Shown here piece after piece: positions 1 to 12,300 of a stretch of DNA of 64,000 nucleotides. The DNA is from Centroscyllium fabricii (Eukaryota): contig JBNRSN020000016.1 of NCBI GenBank assembly GCA_051313645.2, forward strand, positions 65,596,001-65,660,000, read 5' to 3'. Under the pieces are notes generated by a model. It saw only the letters and a program-made list of their open reading frames with translations. It searched no databases and was not told the origin of the DNA. Every line of letters begins with the position of its first letter. Positions within the stretch are counted from its first letter, which is position 1. The translations under genes were made by a program, and so were the position numbers.

Positions 1-305
1 CTGACCTAGCTGAATTTATAGAACTATAGATAACTTTAAAAAAAAATGATTAATAATAAAGTAATTAAATTTAACCTGAAAATTAATCATGTGATATGGG
101 AAGTTCCTGCCAGAAGTTTCCCTTGAAGAGCTCTGCCACTCTCACAGTGGCCTGGATCTTGAATTCTGCTTCATTCGGAGTTGGAAATTTCACTGGAGCC
201 TTGGGTTCCGGCAAATTTCCAGATCCTGTGGACAGATTTTGTGTGTGAGACACAGATGCATCCTAGAAGTTTTATTTCCTATTGTGCTGCCGAGAGCCTG
301 CAATA

Positions 306-647
306 CAGGTACACAATCCTTTATCCGCAGCTCCAAAAACCGAAAAGCCCTGAAAACCCGTTTTGGAGCACAAACCTAAATCTAATCGGGGCCTGAGGCC
401 TACACCGGATTTCCAGCCCACAATTCCTCCCCGAGCCCACAATCTCCTTCTGCCTCCCGGGAGCGTCTCTTCCATTTCAGAGCACGGCAATGCGCCTGCG
501 CATGTGCAGAGCGCCGTTCCACGCCTGCGCACTGGGCCGCCAACACGGCAATGCGCATGCGCACTGTGCACCATCTGAAAACCGAAAAAATCCAAAATCC
601 GAGACCCTTCCGGTCCCAAGGGTTTCGGATAAAGGATTGTGTACCTG
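306..647. mobile_element. Tc1/mariner-pogo-type MITE, family A
   Basis: TIR CAGGTACACAATCCTTTATCCG / CGGATAAAGGATTGTGTACCTG flanked by TA on both sides. Confidence 0.85.
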
Positions 648-1464
648 TACCCAGAGTGTTCCATGACGATGACCCCTGTTGCATGACCACTGACAGAAAA
701 ATTAAGGTAACAACAGTAAAATTACAGGTAACAACAGTGGTGAGGCACAAGTGGAAGGCAGCACTCTGTGGCTAGCCTGATTCAGCCTGCCAGCCCTCAC
801 CGAGTAATTGGAAATTCAGCAGTGAGGCCAAACTTCCCAGCTACACCAATTCGGCTTCAACAAAAACTGCAGGTCCATGAGAAGTAAGAAAGAAGAGAAG
901 AATATATATTTTTTCCCTCGCGTGTATGATTTATAAATGGTTCTGAGGAGGCGGGAGGGAAGGATAACCAAATAAGTGCTTTAATCTTAAACAAATATCA
1001 TAACTTCAATGTTGGGAGATGGACAACAAAGATATATTTATACAAGAGGTTTTAGGGGTGGAAGAAAAAAAGTTCTTAGTATTTATCCACTTTAGAAAAC
1101 GTGCTATTATATCTGAGCCCTGCGTCTTTGCGTATACGTAATGTATGTAATATTTATACCTTATATAAGTCGTGATATATGTTTTCTTTTAAACCCGCAC
1201 TCCAAGTGGGGAGGATGGGTAGCCAGTTGTATTGGCAGGCCACACGATCACTGAATGGAGAAGAATTCACGGGAACAGCCCTCCCATTGGCTGAGAACAT
1301 GGAACATAAAGGACAAAAGAGCACATGAACAGTCAGTCAGCCAGCCAGCTAGGTTTGGGAAGGAAGCCTGGCCTAGTGTGGAGAGACTTGTTCGTCAGAA
1401 GGCTGACTAGGAAAATGCTATGAGAGCTTGCTAATAGGGATAGTGCATTTTTATTATTTTTGTT

Positions 1465-2965
1465 CATGAGGACCGTTCATCTGGAAGGAGCCTTTATCGT
1501 GGCGGGGGACTTCAACCACACTAACCTCAAATCCGTCCTACCGAAATTTCACAAGAATGTCTCCTGCCCCACGAGGGGCGAGAGCAGCTGGACCAGGTCT
1601 ACACCAACATCGCAGAGGTTTACAAAGCCATCCTGTGCCCCCACCTCGGGAATTCCAACCACCTTTTACTGTTCCTCGCCCCAGCATACAAACCACTCAT
1701 CAAAAGGGTGAAAGCTTCAGCCAAATCAGTCAGGGTATGGCCAGAAGGGGCAGTCTCAGAGCTACAAGACTGCTTCGAACACACTGAATGGAGCATGTTC
1801 GCTCACATGGACTGTGGTAAACCACTTTGTGTATATATCCATGGCCTGTAATATTGTATATAGTTCTGTGTGTACTGTTTGTCTGGGCATGCCCATGCTA
1901 ACCCCGTCTGTGACTCCTCCTCCCAGGACCGGTATAAAGGTAACTGTCTCCCTCCCCCCGATCATTCCGGGAGCAGTCGACTAGCTGGTGCATGCCCAAC
2001 CTTTAGCGAATAAAAGCCTTTATTCACCTCGTAACTTCTCGTCTCCGAGGTCATTGACACGGTATCACGGACATCGAGGAATACGCATCCACAGTGCTTT
2101 TTTACATCAACAGCTGTGTCGAGGTGGTCACTACCCAAAAAACCATCAAGACATTCCCCAACCAGAAACCCTGGATGAACGGGGAGGTCCGCCCGCTGCT
2201 GAAGGCGCGTGACACAGCTTTCAAATCTGGGGATGTGGCGGCTTACAGCACAGCCAGGGCCAACCTAAAGAGGGGTATCCGGTCTGCCAAACGAAATCAG
2301 ACACTGAAGATAGAGGAACACTTTCACAACAACTCGGACCCTCGACGTATGTGGCAAGGCATACAGTCCATCACGGACTACAAGTGCAGAAACACCAGCC
2401 CCCCGACCAGCGATGCCTCCCTACCGGAGGAACTCAACAACTTCTACGCTCGCTTCGACAGGGACAACAGGGAGCCAGCCACCAAAGTCCTGCAATCCCC
2501 GAAAGACCAGCCATTAACACTGCCCTCCTCCGACGTAAGAGGTGCTCTACGTGGAGTGAACACACGGAAGGCCGCACGTCCTGATGGCATCCCTGGCCGG
2601 GCACTCAAAGAATGTGCCGACCAACTGGCTGAAGTCTTCACCGACATCTTCAACCTGTCACTGGCGAAGGCAGCTGTCCCTACCTGCTTGAAGACCGCCA
2701 CCATCATCCCTGTGCCCAAGAAAACGGCCGTGACGTGCCTGAACGACTACCGCCCTGTCGCACTTACACCCATTATCATGAAGTGTTTCGAGCAGCTGGT
2801 CCTGGCCCACATCAAAGCCAGCGTCCCCGCCGCCCTGGACCAATACCAGTTCGCCTACCGAGGGAACAGATCTACGGAAGATGCTATCACTACGGCTCTT
2901 CACTCTGCACTAAACCACCTGGATAGCAAAGATACGTATATCAGAATGCTGTTTATTGACTACAG
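1465..2965 (+). mobile_element. Rex1/Babar-type LINE ORF2 fragment (end of APE endonuclease plus RT N-terminal part), interrupted by a solo LTR and truncated by a hAT end
   Basis: AFIVAGDFNHTNL, FPNQKPWMN, DPRRMWQGI, LNDYRPVALTPIIMKCFE, QYQFAYR.NRSTEDAI, RMLFIDYS. Confidence 0.88.
1813..2067 (+). mobile_element. Solo LTR inserted into the Rex1 LINE
   Basis: TG...CA ends, TATAAAG and AATAAA inside, 5-bp TSD TGGAC/CGGAC; removal restores LINE frame EWSMFAH-T/M-DIEEYAST. Confidence 0.82.
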
Positions 2966-3070
2966 CAGGGGTCCCCAACCTTTTTGGCTCCGCGGCCCAT
3001 TTTGAGGTTCGCAATTTTTTCGCTGGGGGTGCTGGGGGGGCGGGGGTGCTGGCGGGCGGGGGGGGGGGGA
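2966..3070. mobile_element. One end of a hAT-type MITE (same family as 19310-19781)
   Basis: CAGGGGTCCCCAACCTTTTTGG terminus; similar to reverse complement of 19620-19781. Confidence 0.7.
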
Positions 3071-3973
3071 ATCCAGTTCAAGCAATCAAGCGGCATAACA
3101 AAATGCAATACTGTTCCAGCTCCAGCCTACTGAAATACAATCTCTTCACTCATTGAAGAGGTTCGGGTTCTAATAAGCAGCATGACCCTTCTCTCAAAAT
3201 GCTATTTACCAGTATTTGGCACAAAGGAAACACTAAAATTTGGCCTTGTTTCATGAAAGTCTTTCAGAAAGATTGGAGAAATGCTCATAAGGGCACTTAA
3301 AAGACTCAATATTCACTTCACATTGCTATTGTTGTTGTATCCCTGGGTTACATTATCATATAATTTGACAGTAAAAAAACTAAGTAGGAGTAGGAATGAG
3401 TTGCCTGTGTGAGACTGATGGGGTTGAGGGCTAGAAATGGTAAATGGGACATAATTTGGACATCCTGTTGTATATGTTTTAATTTTTCATAATAAGATCT
3501 CCAAGATACAGCAGGATTGTGCAGAGGTAATCTTAAATGAAGAATCACTGCAGATCTGGCCCACAACTCCAAGCAACTCGGTTATATTTGCATTTTATTA
3601 GTTCTGTGGGCTTTGAGGTTTGTAAAGGATTGTTCAGAGCAACTTTACCTCATTGGTGGATACATTGTCATTCACACCAAGATATTTTAGTATCAGCAAC
3701 TTGAGATATTTACAAAATAATGGTAACATTGATTTAAACTTTATATCTGGCCCGGGAGGCACCATAATATAGACACTGGCCTATAAAGGCAAAAAAACAA
3801 AGACACTCCTACTCTAGAACTTCAATGATGGCAATATTTCTTGCATTAAAATGATGTTTAGCAAAATGTTTTAGTATTAAATAGATTCATGATGTAGTAT
3901 TTTATTATACTTCAACTAGAAAATATTTGTAGACTGGTAAAATAATTTGGAAGACATTGCACTATATATCAAC

Positions 3974-4368
3974 GGGCGGCACGGTGGCGCAGTGGTTAGC
4001 ACTGTTGTCTCACAGCACTGGAGACCCGGGTTCAAATCCGGCCTCGGGTACTATCTGTGTGGAGTTTGCACATTCTCCCCGTGTCTGCGTGGGTTTCCTC
4101 CGGGTGCTCCGGTTTCCTCCCACAGTCCAAAGATGTGCGGGTTAGGTTGATTGGCCATGATAAATTGACCCTTAGTGTTAGGGGGATTAAATATGTGGGG
4201 TTATGGGGATAGGGTGTCGATGCAGGCTCGATAGGGATATGGGGAGAGGGCAGGGGCGGGGTACTGGGTTTGGATGATCAGCCATGATCTCATTGAATGG
4301 TGGAGCAGGCTCGAAGGGCCGAATGGCCTACTCCTGCTTCTAGTTTCTATGTCTATGTCTATGTCTAT
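3974..4368 (+). mobile_element. tRNA-derived V-SINE (HE1-like) with CR1-derived tail
   Basis: A box TGGCGCAGTGG, B box GGTTCAAATCC, V-domain TGTGTGGAGTTTGCACATTCTCCCCGTGTCTGCGTGGGTTTCC, tail ...GGCCTACTCCTGCT(TCTATG)n. Confidence 0.88.
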
Positions 4369-4387
4369 AGTAATGAGGTATGATACA

Positions 4388-5192
4388 GGGCTGGAGTTTG
4401 CCAGCCCCGAGGAGGCGGGACTGCCGGTAAAGTTGCAGAAAGTGGGGACGGCTGGCAAACCCGTCCCCATCCCGCCTCCAAGCCCTTTTGCCAGGAGGTG
4501 GGAAGCCACCCTGACCCGGGTCCCGTCTCATCGAGGCGGAAAAGGGATTAAATCCTTTTAACTGCCTGTTAACAGGCAGAAAAAAAGATTCGTCCCATTT
4601 TACCTTTTCAACTGCAGGCTTTTTGACCTTGGAGAACCCCTCCGGGTTGGAGGAGTCGAGTAAGGGGTCAGAGGGGTCTGAAAGTGAGATGTAGAGGTGA
4701 GTGATGGGTGCAAGTATGGAGTGCTAAGTAAGGTGAGTGTAAAGTGTTAAAAAATGTTCAATTTTTTTTTCTGCCTACAGCCTTCATCTGCTCTGGGTCG
4801 GGAGTCCTGACATCTTCCTTGTAGATTTCACAGACTGGCTGTTGTATCCTCTGAACCAACAGTCATCTGAAATCTACAAAGTAGAAAGGTTTGATGACTC
4901 CTGAACATAAGAGCTCATCAAACTACACAGAATGTCAGTGTTTGATAGCTTCACAGAGCTGTCAAACGCTGACATTTCTCCTTTCAAGAAATCTTGACAG
5001 ATGGCACGCCAGACATTGGCATGTTTTGTCAGTGCCATCCCTCTAATTGGCCTGCTGAGCCCACAGGGCGGGCTTAACAAGGTCAATCAGGGGAAAATCC
5101 CTCTGGTTGGTCAGAAGATGATGGAGGCGGGAGTGAGACCCGACAAGCAGCAGTCCTACCTCCAACTCATCTCCATTTACAAAATCCAACCC
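4388..5192. mobile_element. PIF/Harbinger-type non-autonomous element (related, in opposite orientation, to 53201-54021)
   Basis: Ends GGGCTGGAGTTTG / CAAAATCCAACCC; shared internal palindrome TGTTTGAYAGCT..AGAGCTGTCAAAC. Confidence 0.7.
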
Positions 5193-6212
5193 TATATTTC
5201 AGGATTAGTACCATGAAGCCTGCCATTGTTCTCTGCATTTGTGGCACAGATGTATTCAGGTTATACTAGCTTTGCTAGTGCTACCTCTTGAAAGAAATTA
5301 ATCCACAGCTAGAAACCAAGACTGGCTGAGATATTGGTGAGAAATTCAAATTCATTGCACCCATTTGTGGGTGTTAAATCAAAGTTGGTGGGAAGAATAC
5401 TGGATCTACCCTGGAAGTTGGTATCCGGTCAATCCTAGGCATGCAAGGCGTCCATCTGAAACCGCACTAGATGCCTTAGATATGCTAGTCGGGGTCCTAA
5501 TGCTGGTTTGGTCAGCAAATGGAAGGCGCTTGCACCACACACGCTCTTCCCGGTTCCAGTTATTGAGCCGCCTAACCAGCGGTCCTTTAAAGGCTATCTT
5601 CCCAACCCTGTTGGTTGGGTTGGGTGGTGGGGGAAGAAAAGGCCATCGCAAGCTAAGTCGGTCTGTGGGCTCGGCTGAGTTAGGTAAATAGCAAACAAGT
5701 ACTGGCAGCAAAAGTTTTAAAAAAAGTATACCAAGATAAACACCAGGGTAATGATTTGAAACACAGCAGCAGTCGGGGAGCCAATTGAGGGCTGAAGAGA
5801 AAATGTAAATATAGTTCCCACAGCATCAGGTGGGAGGAGGTGAACATCAGCCTTGGAAATACAAATTGGGGACTGGGGAGTTCAAGCAAAGATAATTTAT
5901 ATAGTGGTTTTTAGTTACGTATGGTATTGTTTCTGTGTGATGGATAGGAGAATGTGACTAGAGAAAATAATGTAATTGCTGGAAGTACAGGAAGTGTATG
6001 ATATTCAAGACCGTTAATATATTGTACAGAGACTGCGATTTATCTGTATTGTGCATAAGAGATGTACTTTGAAGAAAAACTGAAGGTTTTTTATGATTCT
6101 TGGTCTAGTTCTCCCTATATATTTGTTCTATAAATGTTCTCTTTCTATTTTGAGCTATTAAGGTTTTCTTCCCCAATACAATCGCATCATTTTCATCATC
6201 TTATTAATTTAG

Positions 6213-6332
6213 GTCTTGGTACCATGCAAAGGCAGTTTGTCACGAGGTAGCCTTGCTGCAGCCCACTTTGAGTCTTACATCTTGCAGCCTATGGATGAAA
6301 CTAGTAGTGGTTACCGAACATTAAATGGAAAG
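6213..6332 (+). CDS. ANKRD27: ANKRD27 exon ([10 protein letters not shown]...RTLNGK), GC donor
   Basis: tttAG acceptor; 120 nt; ends AAG|GCAAGT. Confidence 0.9.
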
Positions 6333-9300
6333 GCAAGTGATGCTATTAATATGCTGTACTCTCCTTTCTATCATTTTATGTTTACTTTAAATATTTTCAT
6401 CTGGAATACACAAGAGATTATTTTTTGTTTGCAATGTCTTTATTTCTCTCGTATACAAGCAGTAACAGAAAATACACCAATATTAATTTCACTGAAGAAT
6501 AATGGGGGGAAAAAATTCCCCTTGATCTGCAACTTTGATTTAGGCTTGTGATAGTAAGGTATGATAAACATGTCTGATAGTGTTTATGAATATTGTAGAT
6601 GCCTTTGGAAGTTTCCAACTTTTCATTCACTGTCGACACACAGGTTCTTTCCCCCCTCATTATAAACAATTTGCAATTCCAGGAAGTAACCATCAGAGGA
6701 AACCTAGTTAGCCTGGGCGTTGGTTTTAGCTCACCATCTGCAATACGAATCCTTTTTGAAGAAACTTTCTACAATGAGAGAGAAGAAAGTTTCAGTATAT
6801 TATGTATTGCCCAACCATTGGAAAGGAATTCCAGCCCGGGTAAGTGAATAAGGATTGGTATGCTTTGCTTGCCTTTCTTGAATTCATAAATGACAAACAT
6901 ATTGTTGTGCATGCATAAAAAGGTTGCAGTGTCTTTCATGAATGCCATTGGACAGGAAATCTTAGCAAAGGGGTTGTCATTCTATAAGAATGTAAGAACA
7001 TAAGAATTAGGAGCAGGAGGAGGCCATTCAGCCCTTCCAGCCTGTTCTACTGATCTTCGACCTCAACGCCACTTTCCCGCCTGATATCCCCATATCCCTT
7101 GATTCCCTTGGAGTCCAAAAATCTATCTATCTCAGTAGTAATTCATTTTGAACCGAGACTGTGTAATGCAGGCAAGAAATAGACTTGCATTTTATGTCTT
7201 GTTGATTCCCTCCTTTTTAAGTAGTTTGACCTGATAATCTTCAGATTTCATATGTTCTAATTTGATTTAATAAACTCACCATGCGGTATCTGTCTCATCA
7301 GTTATGGCCACCACCACAGCAGCATTTTGTTGTACAGCCTTGGCACCCCTTCACCCGCTGCCCTTTAGGCTTTGATAATTTTGCAACTGAGGAGATGAAG
7401 CCTCTGGAAAGCTACAATGTCGTTAACTTTTTTAATTAAAAATTTGAACTTGAGGTTTTTTTTAAGTTCGTTATGAGAATACTTTTTGAACAGATACTCA
7501 CGGGCAAGGTCATTGAAATTCCTTATTCACACGTGCCTTTAAAGCACCCGAGTAGTTTGACTTCTTGCTTTATCTTGTCTTCCCTCTTCCTCTGGTGCTG
7601 CCTTTTACACTATGAATTTCATACATTGATTTAGTAGTTGCCACTTTAACTAGGTAAAAATGCTAATTGATTTTCATACCCATATCTGCACAAGCTAGCT
7701 TTTGCCCTGCTCAGTTGAATGAACCAAAGTACTTTCCTGAATGATAACAGCCCTGAACATCTAAAGTTTATGTTCTTTTCATTTGTTTTTGTGATGCTGG
7801 ATGCAATGGTAAAAAGAAGCAACCTAATTGAAAACTGCCTGGCTTTTCTAGGCAGTTCTGACAGCAATGCTAATGCCACACACAAACCCTGCAGGACACA
7901 ATAGGACTTCTAAGTAACCATGTTATTACTGAAATTCTGGAATCTGCAACTTGGAGACTGGGCTGTAGAGTAAATACCTGTGTTGTAGTCCCGAATGAGT
8001 TTTGTTCTCTTCAAATCACTGCTGCTTGCTGGAGGTGAGAATTCTTCCTGTTCTTAGGACTGGTTGGTTGCAAGCAGTAAAGACAACTTGATTGACCAAT
8101 GCAACAGCATTGGCCTCCGTTCTGTGGCATTTATAATACAACGTGGAAGAACATGATGGTGAAAGTCATAGTGTAACATGAAACTCAAACTGATCAATTT
8201 GTTATGAAAGGAAATGGAGATAGGAACATTTACTTACAGATAATGTTAAATTGTAAGCTCTTAAATTATAGTATCCTATGGAATGATTGTTGGAATATGA
8301 CATTAAAATACTGTATAAAAGCTTTTGGGGGGAAAATTTCGGTTGATGAACGCCTCCCGTTTATGCCCTAAGAGGGTGCTAACAGGGCGCAAAGCAACTA
8401 GCACTTGGGCATGGCAGTGTTTGCGTCGCTTGCAAAATTGACCAGCGTTTTTGCAGCGGCGCTAAACTCTACTGCCACCATCTCCTGCGCCTGCAGATCG
8501 TGATATCAGTCAAGCGTGTAGTGCCCCGGACCGGATATTGAGTGGCACCCCCTTCCTTTCTGCCTGCCGATAGCAACGACAGGTAGAGGGGAACGTTTTG
8601 TAGTTGGGAAGGGGCTGGGGGAGCGCTATTTAAAGACTGCGTCTTCCTGCCTTTTTTTACACCACGTATTCTGAGAGAGAGACTTCTGGAGAGATTCAAT
8701 GCTGTGTGAAGTAATTTTGGCTACTGAGCAGCACTTTGCAGGTTCTTTTTGATTTGACCTTCCTTGCATCAATTTAGAAGCGACTATAGGGGCTGCTCTG
8801 ATTCGGGGCGTCGTCCTGCTCCTACAGAATCGGAGACATCAGAGACGCAGAGAGAGTGGCAAACATGGTCAGAGGGAGGAGGGCCAACAGGCCTCTGCAC
8901 AGGAGACCTTGCCCTCCCAGGGTGTTCTGGGAACAATTCCCCTACATTCATTTGTCTGAGGAGCAGTGTTTCTGAAGGCTGCACTTCAGCAAGGAGGTGG
9001 TCACTGAGCTCTGCCACCTGCTGCAACCAGATCTGCACAGGATGTCTCTGTCAGTGAATTTTTATGCCAGCGGCTCCTTTCAAGCATCTACTGGGGACAT
9101 CGCCAATATCTCCCAGTTCGCTGTCCATTGCTGTATCCATCCAGTCGCAAATACCCTCTATAAAAGGAGACACCAGTACATCTCTTTCCCGATGACCCAG
9201 GCCAAAACGCATGAACGCACATGTGGCTTTGTGAGGATAGCGGGCTTCCCCATGGTGCAGGGCACCATTGACTGCACGCATGTGGTATTGCGGGCACCGC

Positions 9301-12300
9301 ATGACAATGAGATTTTCCGAAACCGCAAGGGCTACCAGTCGGTCTGTGACCACAGACAGCTCATACTTGCCATCAATGCCCACTATCCTGGCAGCAGCCA
9401 TGATGCTTTCTTCCTGCGCCAGACTGGTGTGCCAGACCTTTTCCAGGCACCGCATCAGCCAAGTGTTTGGCTCCTCGGGGACAAGGGTTATCCACTCTGC
9501 ACCTAGCTGATGACACCACTCCGTAACCCCAACACCGCTGCTGAGCTGCAGTATAATGAGAGCCATATCTCCAGCAGGAACATAATTGAGCAGACACTCG
9601 GCGTGCTCAAGCAGTGGTTCTGCTGTCTGGACCACTCAGAGGAGCCCTGCAGTACTCGCCTGAGTGAGTCTACCTCTTCACTAGCGATTGGTGCACCACT
9701 GGACGAGGAAGAGGAGGAGGATGATCAGCAACAGCACCAATGTGGGAGGGAGGCCCACAATGTTGTCACTGCAAGGGCTGGCTGTCAAAGGCTGATAACA
9801 AGCCACTTCCCCTACTCCGAAGATGGCTTCTGGCATGGAGAACAACGTCATGGAAAGCAACCCGCAACCCCTATAGCAGGCCAAAGCAGCAATGATTCCA
9901 AAGGCTAAACATGCACATTTTGAATACAACAACTTTTTTATTTAACAAACTCTGTGTGTCATTTATTCAGGACAAACTAATAGAAACAAACACAACAAAT
10001 CATTAATTAACAGAACTGGTTCTCACAAGCTGGAGATAAACGCCAAAACACGAAACAAAAGTTATCAGATGAGCCTTGACCTTTAATGAAAACATTCCCA
10101 CCATTTATTTAGACCTCCTAATGTTTGCCCTTCGAGGGTGATTTCCATCCCTTACGCACTCCCCACCCCCTTTCCCAACCTACTGCTCTTCCATAATGGG
10201 GCTCCAATGGCTGCAGCAAGGCTGGTGGAAGGCTGCTGAATGTCTGCTGAATGTCAGATGCTGAGACTACAGATGCCCATGAAGGATGCCCTCGACCAAC
10301 TCTGGGCCTAGAGGCCCCGGCTGCAGACTGCACCAACTCTGCATGGGCTGCAGCAGTCTGGGCTGGCTGTGTTGCAGGCAGTGGCAAGTGCAATGGAGAA
10401 GTGACAGTGGTGGCAGCAGGAATGCTGTCATCCTGAGAGAGGACAGCAACTCCCTGCTCGACTGACACACTGGCACTCCCACGGAGCAGCACCTCCGCAT
10501 CCGGAGCAATCTGCTGGAGCACAGATTGCTGGCCTGCTGTGGCACTGAGAGCCCCGGGGCAATGTGGCCGAACCAGCGACAATGGCCGCAGTCAGTGCTT
10601 GCGTGACATAATTCTGAGACTGCACGAGAGCAGTCTGAGATTGGATCGCAGCAGCAAGTGCAGCACCCACCCATGGCGTTGCATCGGCCTGTGCTGCAGC
10701 AGAATGCTCCACACTCCTAGCCAGTCCATCAATGGTTTCGGGCACCCTTCCCACTGCACCCATGAGCTGAGTGTGCATGTCAACTGCCAGTGTGTTCATT
10801 TCTGCGATGAGCCACTCCTCTGCGTCCAGTGCAGCAGGACTCGCTGGCATACTCTCCCTCCGGGGAGAAGGCCTCCGAGCTGCCCTCCCCTCCAGCGAAG
10901 GTGTGGTCCCAGTGTGGGCATGGGCTCTCTCAGGAGACGCTGGCGCTGAGGCTCCGACTTCCTCTTCCCCTCGCCTGGGCCGTTGTTCCCACTGCCTGGT
11001 TAAGGGACTGGTGGTTCACTATCTGAAAGCAGGGAGGTACAAGAGTGGCTTTAGTGTCAGGACAGGGGGCAGTAAGGGAGCAAGGACTGGAGACATTTAA
11101 TAAGTTGGATTGAAAGTGTAAAAGGGCGGCACGGTGGCATAGTGGTTAGCACTGTTGCCTTACAGCACTAGAGACCCGGGTTCAAATCCGGCCTCAGGTG
11201 ACTATCTGTGTGGAGTTTGCACATTTTCCCTGTGTCTGCGTGGGTTTCCTCTGGGTGCTCCGGTTTCCTCCCACAGTCCAAAGATGTGTGGGTTAGGTTG
11301 ATTGGCCAGGATAAATTGACCCTTAGTGTTAGGGGGATTAAATATGTGGGGTTACGGGGATAGGGTGGGATATGTGTCGGTGCAGGCTCGATGGGCCGAA
11401 ATGGCCTATATCTGCACTGTAGGGATTCTATGATTCTATTCTATGAAGGTTGGTGTTGTGAGGGGCAAGTAGAATGAGAAAGGAGAGAAAACTGATGAAC
11501 TTACCATTGCTGTCCCCAAGGGGGTCGACCTCTCCAGCGGCCACGGCATCTGTCACCTAGCTGGCAATGATCCTGTGGATGCGCGCCTCCAAATCACTGA
11601 GGGTGTGCAGCTCAGCTGGCTCTCCACCTGTTGTGTGATAGCTTGGCCTGCAAGAAAAAGGACGGCGTCTGAGTAAATGTGCAACCATGTGCTTGCCTGG
11701 TGTACCTCCTATAGTTGAGATTATCCACTTTGGTGGCAAAAGCAGGAAGGCAGATTATTATCTGAACAGCAATAGATTGGGAGAAGGGGAAGTGCAATGA
11801 GACCTGGGTGTCCTTGTGCACCAGTCGCTGAAGGTAAGCATGCAGGTGCAGCAGGCAGTGAAGAAGGCAAATGGTATGTTGGCTTTCATAGCGAGAGGAT
11901 TCGAGTGCAGGAACAAGGATGTCCTGTTGCAGTTGTACAGGGCCTTGGTGAGACCACACCTTGAGTACTATGTGCAGTTTTGGTCGCCTTATCTGAGGAA
12001 GGATGTTCTTGCCATGGAGGGAGTACAAGAAGGATTCACCAGACTGATACCTGGGATGGCAGGAATGACGTATGAAGAGAGATTGGATTGATTAGGCTTA
12101 TATTCGTTAGAGTTTAGAAGAATGAGAGGCGATCTCATTGAAACTTATAAAATTCTACCAGGACTAGACAGACTAGATGCAGGAAGGATGTTCCCGATGG
12201 TGGGGAGTCCAGAACCAGGGGTCACAGTCTAAGGACAAGGGGTAAGCCATTTAGAACAGAGATGAGGAGGAATTTCTTCACCCAGAGAGTGGTGAACCTG

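Noticed and set aside
3974-4050. tRNA-like sequence with A and B boxes (also 11124, 54908)
   Set aside because: It is the SINE head, followed by the V-domain and LINE tail; no complete cloverleaf.
1-6212. ANKRD27 start exon (MAxYDEDLLKNPF-like)
   Set aside because: I could not find it in the window; it is presumably upstream.
6333-6551. ORF-track extension of the first exon to 111 aa
   Set aside because: Homology ends at NGK; the extension is intron read-through past the GC donor.
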